Source: Minisyncoccota bacterium
GTDB lineage: Bacteria > Patescibacteriota > Minisyncoccia > Phycocordibacterales > UBA9973
DNA: 64,000 nt
Reading direction: 5' to 3'
NCBI GenBank assembly: GCA_041661005.1
Contig: JBAZVG010000001.1
Coordinates: 607,515-671,514 of the forward strand
A program made the position numbers and the translations under genes. How positions within the stretch are numbered: the first letter of the stretch is position 1; each line of letters opens with the position of its first letter. A model generated the notes under the pieces. It was not told the DNA's origin and made no database searches. It saw only the letters and a list, made by a program, of their open reading frames with translations. Shown piece by piece: positions 46,294 to 55,221 of this stretch.

Positions 46294-47490
46294 ATGTGGT
46301 ATAGTCCGAATATTGTGAAAATAATAACAGATGAAAAAAAAATAGATGAAATTTTAAATCGCGGAGTTGAAGATATTTTCATAAAAGAAAGCTTAAAGAA
46401 AAAAATGCTCTCCGGAAAAGTTCTCCGCGTTAAGTTTGGCATTGATCCGACTGGCCCCAAGATACATTTAGGCAGAGCTGTTCCGCTTAGAAAATTACGT
46501 CAATTTCAAAACTTGGGACATAAGGTTGTTATACTTGTGGGCGATTTTACCGCCACTATTGGAGATCCGTCGGACAAGCTTGAAAAGCGACCGATGCTGA
46601 CGACAGCAGAAATAAAAAAGAATATGAAAGATTACAAAAGTCAGCTTGGTAAGATAATTGATCTAAAAAAAGCTGAGTTTGTTTATAACAGCAAGTGGCT
46701 CAGTAGGCTTGGTTTTGCTGAAATTTCCGAATTAGCTGAAAGTTTTTCCGTTCAGCAGATGTCCAGTCGCAGAAATTTCAAAGACAGAATTGAAAAAGGT
46801 GAAGAAGTTTCTTTGCGTGAGTTTTTGTATCCCATTATGCAGGGATATGACAGCGTGGTGGTGAAAGCGGATGTGGAAATCGGAGGTTTTGATCAGTTAT
46901 TCAATTTAAAAGCAGGTAGAGTTATTCAGAGACATTACAAAATGCCCGAACAGGATGTTTTAACGGTGCAAATGCTCGAAGGCACGGATGGTAGAAAGAT
47001 GTCCAGCTCTTGGGGAAACGTGATTTCGATTGTGGATGAACCGAACGATATGTTTGGAAAGATTATGGCTGTGCGCGATGAACTTATTTCAAAGTATTTT
47101 AAACTTTGCACGGATATTTCTGACTCTGAGATTCCAAAAAGCGAAAATCCCCGCGATTTAAAGATGCGTCTTGCTTATGAAATAGTAAAAATCTATCATG
47201 GAGAAAAAAAAGCGCAGGGGGCTCAAGAAAATTTCATCAATACTTTCCAAAAAAGAGAGATTCCAGAAGAAATGGAAGAAATAAAAGCTAACGCGGGAGA
47301 ATTGTTGAGTGAAGTCCTGGTTAAAAATAAAATTTTAGCATCAAAAGGCGAATGGCGCAGGCTTGTTCTAGGGAACGCAGTGCATGATTTAGAAAAGAAT
47401 AGTGTTATAACAGATCAAAATATGAAAATTGCAGAAAATCTGAAACTAAAAATTGGCAAGAAAAGATTTCTAAAAGTTTTAGTGAGTTAA
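46294..47490 (+). CDS. tyrS: tyrosine--tRNA ligase
   Basis: HIGH-like ...HLGRAVPL and KMSSS motif; S4-like C-terminus. Confidence 0.9.
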   Translation: MWYSPNIVKIITDEKKIDEILNRGVEDIFIKESLKKKMLSGKVLRVKFGIDPTGPKIHLGRAVPLRKLRQFQNLGHKVVILVGDFTATIGDPSDKLEKRPMLTTAEIKKNMKDYKSQLGKIIDLKKAEFVYNSKWLSRLGFAEISELAESFSVQQMSSRRNFKDRIEKGEEVSLREFLYPIMQGYDSVVVKADVEIGGFDQLFNLKAGRVIQRHYKMPEQDVLTVQMLEGTDGRKMSSSWGNVISIVDEPNDMFGKIMAVRDELISKYFKLCTDISDSEIPKSENPRDLKMRLAYEIVKIYHGEKKAQGAQENFINTFQKREIPEEMEEIKANAGELLSEVLVKNKILASKGEWRRLVLGNAVHDLEKNSVITDQNMKIAENLKLKIGKKRFLKVLVS

Positions 47491-47504
47491 ATATTTTTTA
47501 GTTG

Positions 47505-47645
47505 CTATTTATCTTTATCTGGGTCCTCTTCGTCCAATCCAAAGTCAGGTATTTCTTCTGGCATATCCAACGGCTCGCCTAATTCATCTTCATCAGCGCC
47601 AACTTTAAAACCATCTTCTACTTCTTCATTTTCATCGTAACTCAT
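47505..47645 (-). CDS. small highly acidic protein (46 aa)
   Basis: MSYDENEEVEDGFKVGADEDELGEPLDMPEEIPDFGLDEEDPDKDK; below the ORF-track size cutoff. Confidence 0.25.
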   Translation of the reverse strand: MSYDENEEVEDGFKVGADEDELGEPLDMPEEIPDFGLDEEDPDKDK

Positions 47646-47840
47646 AGTGTTTATTATTTTTAATTAATTATTATTAATAATTTTACTATTTTTCATCTGA
47701 AGTATTCATTTTGTCTTCAGTGAAAACAAACTCCATGTTGGAATTTCTTCTTTTGTAACAAAATCTAAAACGGTTGGCAATAGCAAAAAGACCTAAGATG
47801 TGGATAACCCCGAACCAGAGCAAGCTCGGTACGGGGCAGG

Positions 47841-48344
47841 CTAAACTTTTTGATGCGCGAACGCAGTGAGCGCGATGGCGATAGCGTCTAATTCGTCATC
47901 AGATTTTTTATTTTCTTCTATATCCACTAAAATTTTAACCATTTTTATCACTTGTTCTTTATCCGCTTTTCCATAGCCGGTTGTTGCCATTTTTATTTGG
48001 GGTGGGGAAGCCTCAAAGATGCGCAGTCCGGCGAGGGCTCCTTCATAAACCACAACTCCGCGCGCTTCGGCGACTCGCATGACCGTCTTTTGATTTGTAT
48101 TTAAAAACAAAGTTTCTATTGCTAAAATTTCTGGTTTATATTCTTTTATTATTCTGCGCACTTCTTCGCCGATCAGGCGCAATCTCTCGGGAAATTCCAA
48201 CTTTGCAGAAGTTTTAAAACATTCAGAAAAAATGACACGTTCCCTGCCAAAAGCGGAGTCGAAGGGTTTGTTGCCCTGTTTGGTCTTTTCTAATATTGCC
48301 ACTCCCAGCCTTTCAAATCCGGGGTCTATTCCTAAAATTCTCAT
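47841..48344 (-). CDS. ruvC: crossover junction endodeoxyribonuclease RuvC
   Basis: MRILGIDPG... with catalytic acidic residues. Confidence 0.9.
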   Translation of the reverse strand: MRILGIDPGFERLGVAILEKTKQGNKPFDSAFGRERVIFSECFKTSAKLEFPERLRLIGEEVRRIIKEYKPEILAIETLFLNTNQKTVMRVAEARGVVVYEGALAGLRIFEASPPQIKMATTGYGKADKEQVIKMVKILVDIEENKKSDDELDAIAIALTAFAHQKV

Positions 48345-48548
48345 ATTTTGAAGTTTAACATAACTTATCTAATAATAGTGATATTATATATAAGGCATTG
48401 TTCTTTATCAGTAGAGCTAGGGCACATTATAAGTGCATAAGGGTGTTTAATGGGACGTTCTTCTGATCCCAGAACATGCAGGGAGTTGGCCCTTGGAGTC
48501 TCTGTTGAGTGAACCAACTTTCACTCAACATCAAGTCGTTCGGACCGA

Positions 48549-48570
48549 GAAAGCCTGACGGCTTTTTTAT
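48549..48570 (+). terminator. intrinsic terminator (aagcc-tgac-ggctt + T6) ending a ~170-nt plus-strand transcript that has no ORF
   Basis: Stem-loop plus U-run seen directly. Confidence 0.5.
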
Positions 48571-48706
48571 TTGCCCAGCTTCGTTGAGTTTTCCACAGTC
48601 AGAATTTGACATATATATATATCGGTTCATTATTTAAGTGAACAGCTCTTTGACGCGATTCGGAACATTAAGTCGGATCTAAAGTGAGGGGCTGTCTAAG
48701 AAACAT

Positions 48707-48865
48707 ATGCCGAACAAACTGCTCGTTGGCTTCGCCAACATCAATGGTCAGATTCAGGCTTCGCGTGGCGCGCTCGACTGCACCCAGGCGGCTCATCCGG
48801 CGGCCACCATCGTGGCCATGAGCGACAACAACAATCCGGTGCGGCGCTTTGGTAGCACCGCGTGA
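48707..48865 (+). CDS. small ORF (52 aa) in a ~60% GC island; coding status uncertain
   Basis: MPNKLLVGFANINGQIQ...; preceded by a TTGACA-N17 promoter-like sequence at 48608; overlaps an 86-aa ORF on the opposite strand. Confidence 0.25.
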   Translation: MPNKLLVGFANINGQIQASRGALDCTQAAHPAATIVAMSDNNNPVRRFGSTA

Positions 48866-48988
48866 TCGAAGATCTGCCCGAGCTCCGGGAGGGGTCTGAC
48901 AAGACCCCTCCCATCCATCAAAGTCCACTAGTTGGACTCTTTCACTGAAGGAGCACTAGTGGCTTTTTCTTTTACCTTTTTTATTATT

Positions 48989-49063
48989 CCCCTCTTGAGG
49001 GGTGGCTCGCTTGTGAGACGGGGTGGATATCCCACCTCCCCCTAAAGGGTACTCCTCAAGAGG
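48989..49063. repeat. palindromic repeat family 4 copy overlapping the ruvB 3' end (supplies the last codons and stop)
   Basis: cctcttgagg ... cctcaagagg. Confidence 0.7.
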
Positions 49064-50090
49064 AGAATGGAAACCCTAAATGCTCATACGATGCCTTGGT
49101 GGCGACACGTCCGCGCGCAGTGCGCTCCAATAATCCGAGTTGAATTAAATACGGTTCGATTACTTCTTCGACGGTGGCTTCTTCTTCGGACATAGCAGCT
49201 GCCATAGTTTTTAACCCCACCGGTCCGCCCTTGAATTTTTCAATTAATATTTCCAAGAATTTTCTATCGGAAGAATTAAGCCCTATGTCATCGATCGCGA
49301 GCATATTCAATGCCTCTTTTACTATTTTCTGATCTAAACTTTTTTTATTGTCCTTTTTACTTACTTGAGCAAAGTCACGACAACGCTTCAAGAAATAATT
49401 TGCGGTGCGAGGAGTAAATCTGCTTCTCTTGGCGATCTCTGCTAAAGCCTCTTTTTCTAAAATAATATCTAAAAGTTTACTTGACCGCTCGATTATTTTT
49501 GCAATTTCTTCATTGGAATAAAATTCCAATCGGAAAACTCCGCCGGAGAATCGTGAACGAAGTGGAGAGGAGATCAAAGCCACTCGAGTAGTCGCTGCTA
49601 TCAAAGTAAAAGGCGGGAGGTCTAATTGAATAGTGCGAGCAGATGGACCTTTGCCGATGATGATGTCTAAAACACCAGACTCCATGGCTGGGTAAAGTAT
49701 TTCTTCAACCATTTTATTTAGTCTGTGAATCTCATCGATAAAAAGAATGTCGCCCGGAGCAAGGTTCGTGAGGATAGATGCCAAATCTCCCACTTTTTCG
49801 ATTGCCGGTCCGGAAGTTATTTTCATTTGCCGACCGGTTTCTTTTGCTATGAGATGCGCCAGAGTAGTCTTGCCCAAACCTGGAGGTCCGTAAAAAAGGA
49901 TGTGTTCTGGAATGTGTCCACGCTCCTCTGCCGCTCGCAAAAGGATTTTTACGTTGTCTTTTATGTGTTTTTGACCGATGTATTCATCGAAGCGGGTAGG
50001 GCGCAAGGTTTGATCCAGTACCACGTCTTCAGTTTTGCTTGCCCCGCCTTGGCGTGGGTCTTTTTCTTTGGAGGTTGACATTAGTTTCAC
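49056..50090 (-). CDS. ruvB: Holliday junction branch migration ATPase RuvB
   Basis: Walker A GPPGLGKTTLA, sensor motifs, winged-helix C-terminus. Confidence 0.92.
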   Translation of the reverse strand: MKLMSTSKEKDPRQGGASKTEDVVLDQTLRPTRFDEYIGQKHIKDNVKILLRAAEERGHIPEHILFYGPPGLGKTTLAHLIAKETGRQMKITSGPAIEKVGDLASILTNLAPGDILFIDEIHRLNKMVEEILYPAMESGVLDIIIGKGPSARTIQLDLPPFTLIAATTRVALISSPLRSRFSGGVFRLEFYSNEEIAKIIERSSKLLDIILEKEALAEIAKRSRFTPRTANYFLKRCRDFAQVSKKDNKKSLDQKIVKEALNMLAIDDIGLNSSDRKFLEILIEKFKGGPVGLKTMAAAMSEEEATVEEVIEPYLIQLGLLERTARGRVATKASYEHLGFPFSS

Positions 50091-50399
50091 AATATGCTAT
50101 ACTGATCAAGTAGTACATTTATCAACACAGTATCAACATAGCTATACACATTATAGCATTTGTGGTACTTTCAATATAGTATAATTGTTTTTAAGGAGTC
50201 ATGCGCAAGAAGGCATTAATCTCTAAGCAATCAGCCATCGGTTATACGAATTTGCATAGGACGTTTTGGTCCGCCTCTGGCGCGACTGGTGCTATCCTCT
50301 AATAATTTGTTACTCTTGGAGCCTAGCTTCAAAAGGATTGTTTAGAGATTAATGCTTTTTTCTTTAGCGAGAAAACTGCACCAAGAAAGATTTTTTTCG

Positions 50400-51056
50400 C
50401 TAAACAATTTCTTTTCGGTGTAGTTCAGAAAACAAAGCGACGGTTTTGCCAAAATCTTTTTCCGCAACTATGAAAATTAATTCTGTGGGTGTGGACACGA
50501 GTTCTTCAATGTTAATCCGGGCGCGAGCCGTTACTGAAAGGAGTGAGAAAAAAACATTCGGCGTGCCGAAAACTTCTGGTCCATAAGAGATTCCGATGGC
50601 GGCAAAATTGTGATTAACCCACTTTGGTTTTATTTTAAAATGTTGCAATATTTTACTTTCTAAATTTGATGAACAGATGATGTCTATTTCTGCTGTACCC
50701 ATGGTTGTCGTAAAAAAGTCTTCTTGAGTCACAGATATATTCTTGTGAAGAGATTCAAATTTTTCCATGAGTTTATTTGAGTTTTCATAAGCTATTTCTG
50801 AAAGAGGAAGTTTGGTCGTTATATTTTTTATTGCCACTTCATGAACGAGGGGTTTTTCTTTTTTAAATTCCTTACGCAGGCGCGATAGGGAAACCACCAA
50901 ACTTGTGATGGTTACTTGTTTTTTTGCGCGTTCCTCGACGGCTGGTTTTATGCGGTGCGCGTAACTGCTCATATTCATGTAGCCGTTAGTCAAAGCAAAG
51001 CAGGCTTCTACTTCTTTGAGCACTATTTCTCGCACAATTGGTTGTATCTTGATCAC
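50400..51056 (-). CDS. hypothetical protein (possible ACT-like regulatory domain)
   Basis: 218 aa; weak resemblance only. Confidence 0.4.
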   Translation of the reverse strand: MIKIQPIVREIVLKEVEACFALTNGYMNMSSYAHRIKPAVEERAKKQVTITSLVVSLSRLRKEFKKEKPLVHEVAIKNITTKLPLSEIAYENSNKLMEKFESLHKNISVTQEDFFTTTMGTAEIDIICSSNLESKILQHFKIKPKWVNHNFAAIGISYGPEVFGTPNVFFSLLSVTARARINIEELVSTPTELIFIVAEKDFGKTVALFSELHRKEIV

Positions 51057-51173
51057 TTGTGTATTCTAACAGATTTTACAAAAAGTCCAAATCTTTAAGT
51101 GGATGTAAAAAAAATTTACTATATTCGATAAAGCGAACATACTTCTTGTGTAAAAAAATATTATAAATTATTT

Positions 51174-52088
51174 ATGAAAAAATTGTCACAAAGTTTGCTT
51201 GATGTCATAGGAAATACGCCTTTGGTCAAAGTTCCATTTAAAAGCGAAGCAAAAATTTTTGCCAAATTAGAATATTTAAATCCAGGAGGAAGTATCAAAG
51301 ACCGTTCGGCGCTCTTCATGATCGAAGAAGCGGAGAAAAAAGGTTTGCTGAAGCCCGGCGGAACGATAGTCGAATCTTCTTCTGGGAATCAAGGTGTGGC
51401 TTGCGCTATGATCGGAGCAACTAAAGGATACAAAGTCATTATCACTGCTTCTCCGGCCATGAGTGAAGAAAAAGTAAAAACCATCAAGGCTTATGGAGCG
51501 AAAGTCATAATGTGTCCCGCTGTTTCTATCCTTGACCCCGCAAGTCGTCATAGTCAGGCATCTATAATTGCAAAAAATACCCCAAACTCTTTTATGCCAG
51601 ATCAATATTTCAATCTTTCCAATCCAAAGGCTCATTACACGAGTCTGGGCCCAGAGATTTGGCGACAAACCAATGGAAAGATTACCCATTTTTTTGCAGC
51701 GGCTGGAACTGGTGGAACAATAAGTGGCGCAGGGAAATTCTTAAAAGAAAAAAATCCTAAAATTAAAATCATGGCTGTCGATGTCGATACATCTTTTCAT
51801 TCCACCAAAGGACATCCATCACCATACAGGATGGAGGGCATCGGGATTGATTTTGAAACTCATTGTCTCAATGAATCTGTGATTGATGAATTTTTCCCAG
51901 TTTCAGATGAAAATGGACTTGATATGCTCAAAGTTATGGCTTCAAATTATGGTTTGCTTGTTGGCACGGGCAGTGGGGCGGTAGCTTATGCTGTTCAAGA
52001 ATATTTAAACAAACTAACCAAAGATGATGTGGTGGTGATGCTGTTTGGCGACTCCGGCCGGGCGTATCTGTCAAAAAACTATTTTTAA
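51174..52088 (+). CDS. cysK: PLP-dependent cysteine synthase/cystathionine beta-synthase family enzyme
   Basis: NPGGSIKDR lysine motif, GTGGT nucleotide-binding loop. Confidence 0.85.
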   Translation: MKKLSQSLLDVIGNTPLVKVPFKSEAKIFAKLEYLNPGGSIKDRSALFMIEEAEKKGLLKPGGTIVESSSGNQGVACAMIGATKGYKVIITASPAMSEEKVKTIKAYGAKVIMCPAVSILDPASRHSQASIIAKNTPNSFMPDQYFNLSNPKAHYTSLGPEIWRQTNGKITHFFAAAGTGGTISGAGKFLKEKNPKIKIMAVDVDTSFHSTKGHPSPYRMEGIGIDFETHCLNESVIDEFFPVSDENGLDMLKVMASNYGLLVGTGSGAVAYAVQEYLNKLTKDDVVVMLFGDSGRAYLSKNYF

Positions 52089-52176
52089 CAGATTTAACAA
52101 AAAGATTGAGTTTCATGGTGGATGTTAAAAAAATTAACTTAAAATGACGAAACTGATATTTTGTATGAAACCTTAA

Positions 52177-52368
52177 TTGAACAAATTTATGTGTGATAAA
52201 AATAGAAGTCTCGTTACAAGCGAGATCACGAGGCAAGTTAACCTTCGAGAAGAACTCCGTTTGTCGGCTTTGACTCTTAGATTGCAAGGGGTTACAAGGT
52301 CCAACATATGGAAATTAGTCAAGGAGGAACGCGCTCGACGAAAATCGAGATATAGGCCAAAATACTAG
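52177..52368 (+). CDS. small basic protein (63 aa) followed by its own terminator hairpin (agccggc ... gccggct)
   Basis: Possible HTH-like region; low information. Confidence 0.3.
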   Translation: MNKFMCDKNRSLVTSEITRQVNLREELRLSALTLRLQGVTRSNIWKLVKEERARRKSRYRPKY

Positions 52369-52477
52369 CCTGAACAATCATCAACTGAGAGCCGGCGATG
52401 CAAAGCCGGCTTTACTCTTCGTTCAAATCCACCACACTCCGCACTTCTTCAGTGAGTTCAACGATTTTATCATTTAG

Positions 52478-52514
52478 CATTAGTAAGCGGTCGCACACTA
52501 TTGCTAAATTAGCG
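52478..52514. repeat. 37-bp direct repeat, copy 1 (agcatta-gt-aagcggtcgcacactattgctaaatt), with 9-bp inverted arms
   Basis: Identical except 2 nt to 53088-53124; the two copies flank the PaaX-like gene. Confidence 0.65.
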
Positions 52515-53072
52515 CAAATTAAATTTTTTCATTAGGTGTAGTTGATTATCTATCTTTTCAGCTAAAATGAAACGCACGTATCTTCTTGCATTATAAAATT
52601 CCAAAATAAATTCAATTTCTTTATTGCAAGGATAAGGGTATACCAATACGGACTTTTGAAGCTCAATAAGGCCAACTTCCCGAAAATGCAACCGAAGTGA
52701 ATCACGTAATCTTTTTAATTTTTCAGGGATATCAAACATAACTACTCGCCATTTACCGTCCCACTTTGCTGGTTTTTTTATTTCTATTTTATCAATATTG
52801 AATCGTAACGCTTTTTGTTTGCCATTTTCATTTAAAATAAAAGTTGTTGTTCCATCTTTATTTTCCTTTTCTTCTATTAAATGAGAAGTATACAGTGAAT
52901 TGATTGCTCTTTCTAAAGCTTGGCGGTTTATATTTTTCCATTCTTTCGGTATTTGCTTTAAAATCCAGAAATGTTTTTTGGGTGATTTTGTTAAACCAAG
53001 TGCAATGCCAGCGGAAAGCAACAAGAGAGCTTTCTTTTTAATATTTCCTATTCTTGGTTCATTGTGTCCCAT
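52509..53072 (-). CDS. PaaX-like transcriptional regulator (wHTH + PaaX_C-like WDGKWRVVMFDIPE)
   Basis: WDGKWRVVMFDIPEKLKRLRDSLRLHFREVGLIELQKSVLVYP matches the PaaX C-domain signature. Confidence 0.55.
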   Translation of the reverse strand: MGHNEPRIGNIKKKALLLLSAGIALGLTKSPKKHFWILKQIPKEWKNINRQALERAINSLYTSHLIEEKENKDGTTTFILNENGKQKALRFNIDKIEIKKPAKWDGKWRVVMFDIPEKLKRLRDSLRLHFREVGLIELQKSVLVYPYPCNKEIEFILEFYNARRYVRFILAEKIDNQLHLMKKFNLR

Positions 53073-53087
53073 CTCTTTATTATAGCA

Positions 53088-53124
53088 TTAACAAGCGGTC
53101 GCACACTATTGCTAAATTGATTCT
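53088..53124. repeat. 37-bp direct repeat, copy 2
   Basis: See 52478-52514. Confidence 0.65.
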
Positions 53125-53141
53125 AAAAAACAATTTTTATA

Positions 53142-53411
53142 TCAGACCTTTTTAAAAAATTTGTACAAAAATCTTAATATTTTTTCACATATTGCTGCCA
53201 AAATAAATATCCAGATAAATTCTATTATCCAAAAAATGACTGAAAAAAGAACATTAATCTCATTGAATATATTCGTGAAAAAAATCGGAGCTAATAATAT
53301 ACTCATATAAATATCAATAATTCTGGAATGTAAATAAAACAAACCCACCACTGGACTTATGGAGAGTACAACAAAAATAATTACCCTTAAAAAATTTACT
53401 TTTTTACTCAT
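53142..53411 (-). CDS. small membrane protein (2-3 TM helices)
   Basis: 89 aa hydrophobic ORF between the repeat and pilB. Confidence 0.35.
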   Translation of the reverse strand: MSKKVNFLRVIIFVVLSISPVVGLFYLHSRIIDIYMSILLAPIFFTNIFNEINVLFSVIFWIIEFIWIFILAAICEKILRFLYKFFKKV

Positions 53412-53414
53412 ACT

Positions 53415-55112
53415 TTATTCCTCACTCAAATCCACCACACTCTGTACTTCTGCGAGCGAGGTGATGCCATTTAAGATTTTAACTATACCATCCTGACGCA
53501 TAGAGAGAATGCCCTGAGAACGCGCCACTTTTTTGATTTCATGTTCGTTGGGGCTTTCTGGAATTATTTTTTCTATCGCTTCGTCGGTTTTGATCGCTTC
53601 GAAAATGCCTATTCGTCCCTTGTAGCCTATGTTGTTGCATTTTTCGCAACCGACAGGGGAGAAAATTTTGAAAGATTCATCTGGTTTTATATTATATTTT
53701 GAAAGATCCTTGCCTTCATCTTTTATACTGTCCAAGACTAATTTTATAGTCTTGCTTTCTTCTTCGGTTGGATTATTTTCTTTTTTACAAAATTGGCAGA
53801 GTTTGCGGACCAAGCGTTGAGCGATGGAGAGAGATAGGGCTGAAACTAAGATCTTTGGATTAACTCCTAGGTCAATGAGACGGGGGATGACGCCAGCGGC
53901 GTTGTTGGTGTGTAGGGTGGAGAAGACTATGTGACCGGTGAGGGCAGACTGCACGGCAGTGTCGGCTGTTTCTTTGTCGCGGATTTCTCCGACCATCACT
54001 ACGTCTGGATCTTGACGCAACGCGCTACGTAACCCTTCTGCGAAAGTGTAGCCTCTCTCTTCATTTGTCTGAGTTTGGGTGATGCCAGTCAGGTGATATT
54101 CTATCGGATCTTCGATGGTGATTATTTTAATCTCTGGTGAATATATTTTTCGAAGAAATGCGTATAAAGTGGTAGTCTTTCCACTTCCAGTAGGGCCGGT
54201 AATCAAGATCAAGCCGTTCGGTTTTACTATTTCTTGTTGTATTACAGAAAATAGATAAGGTTCTATTCCCATATCCTCCAGTTCTATCTGGATAGATTTC
54301 GGATCAAGAATTCGCATGACTATCGATTCACCATATGCGCCGGGAATGAGAGACGCGCGGATGCTCAATTCTTCTTTTTCTTCCATGATGCTGAAACGAC
54401 CATCTTGAGCTATTTTTGAAGTGAGTTTCATGCCCGAGAGAAGTTTGATACGCGAATTTAACAAGCGATATATATCAAGTCCGAAAAAATTTATATCTTG
54501 AAGCACTCCATCCAGACGCAACCGCAACCTCCCTCTATCCTTTTCTGGTTCTATATGTATATCCGAAGCCTTGATGGCTATCGCGCCAGCCAAGATGATT
54601 TCAAGCAAGCGGGAAATTTTATGAATTTTATTTCCCTCCAGAGCTTCCATTACCAACTTTTCTATATCTTGCATGCGTTCGATGCTTTTTGCAGTATCTC
54701 TCAGAACTTCGGGGGAGATATCCAACCCTCCTATTTTTGAATCCTCAGCCATTGAAATTTCTTTATACCTATTCCAGACTTTATTCAAACTTGCGTTTGA
54801 AGCCATGTAAAAAGTGGGCGTTAAATTTTTTCCTTCCGCCACTTCTTTTAGTGTTTTCAAAAGATCAGGTGTTGGTGTGCGTACGGCTATGAAAATATTT
54901 TTTCCAAAAAGTTTAAAAGGCGCGACTTTCATTTGAGTAGCGTCTTTTTCGGGTATTGCTCTAAGCGCTTCATTGTCTATGCCTAGGCGATACAGGTCGA
55001 CATAGGGGAGATGGTATTTAGATTCTGCTAGTGTCGCCACTAATTCCTCTTCTTCTTGCTTACGCAAGTCATCTAGTTGTTTATTTTGTTTTTCTTCATC
55101 AAAATCGGACAT
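53415..55112 (-). CDS. pilB: type IV pilus / type II secretion assembly ATPase (PilB/GspE family)
   Basis: Walker A GPTGSGKTTT, Asp box, His box, tetracysteine motif CEKCNNIGYKGR. Confidence 0.9.
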   Translation of the reverse strand: MSDFDEEKQNKQLDDLRKQEEEELVATLAESKYHLPYVDLYRLGIDNEALRAIPEKDATQMKVAPFKLFGKNIFIAVRTPTPDLLKTLKEVAEGKNLTPTFYMASNASLNKVWNRYKEISMAEDSKIGGLDISPEVLRDTAKSIERMQDIEKLVMEALEGNKIHKISRLLEIILAGAIAIKASDIHIEPEKDRGRLRLRLDGVLQDINFFGLDIYRLLNSRIKLLSGMKLTSKIAQDGRFSIMEEKEELSIRASLIPGAYGESIVMRILDPKSIQIELEDMGIEPYLFSVIQQEIVKPNGLILITGPTGSGKTTTLYAFLRKIYSPEIKIITIEDPIEYHLTGITQTQTNEERGYTFAEGLRSALRQDPDVVMVGEIRDKETADTAVQSALTGHIVFSTLHTNNAAGVIPRLIDLGVNPKILVSALSLSIAQRLVRKLCQFCKKENNPTEEESKTIKLVLDSIKDEGKDLSKYNIKPDESFKIFSPVGCEKCNNIGYKGRIGIFEAIKTDEAIEKIIPESPNEHEIKKVARSQGILSMRQDGIVKILNGITSLAEVQSVVDLSEE

Positions 55113-55221
55113 TACATGAATTATAGCAACAAATGAGGAGCATAAACAAATTTATTTGTTTAATGTCCGAGTGCTGTTGCTATATGGTAATCCATATATC
55201 TTAAATGGTATTATTTACATA

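Noticed and set aside
48668-48928. 86-aa minus-strand ORF in the GC island, considered as a real gene
   Set aside because: It cannot be told apart from the overlapping plus-strand ORF, has no motif, and GC richness inflates ORF length. Kept only as an observation.
50201-50340. SRP RNA or 6S RNA assignment for the spacer upstream of ruvB, and likewise for 48400-48570
   Set aside because: I could not find the conserved SRP domain IV motif (GGAAG...AGCAGCC) or other diagnostic signatures by eye. Left as unassigned structured candidates.
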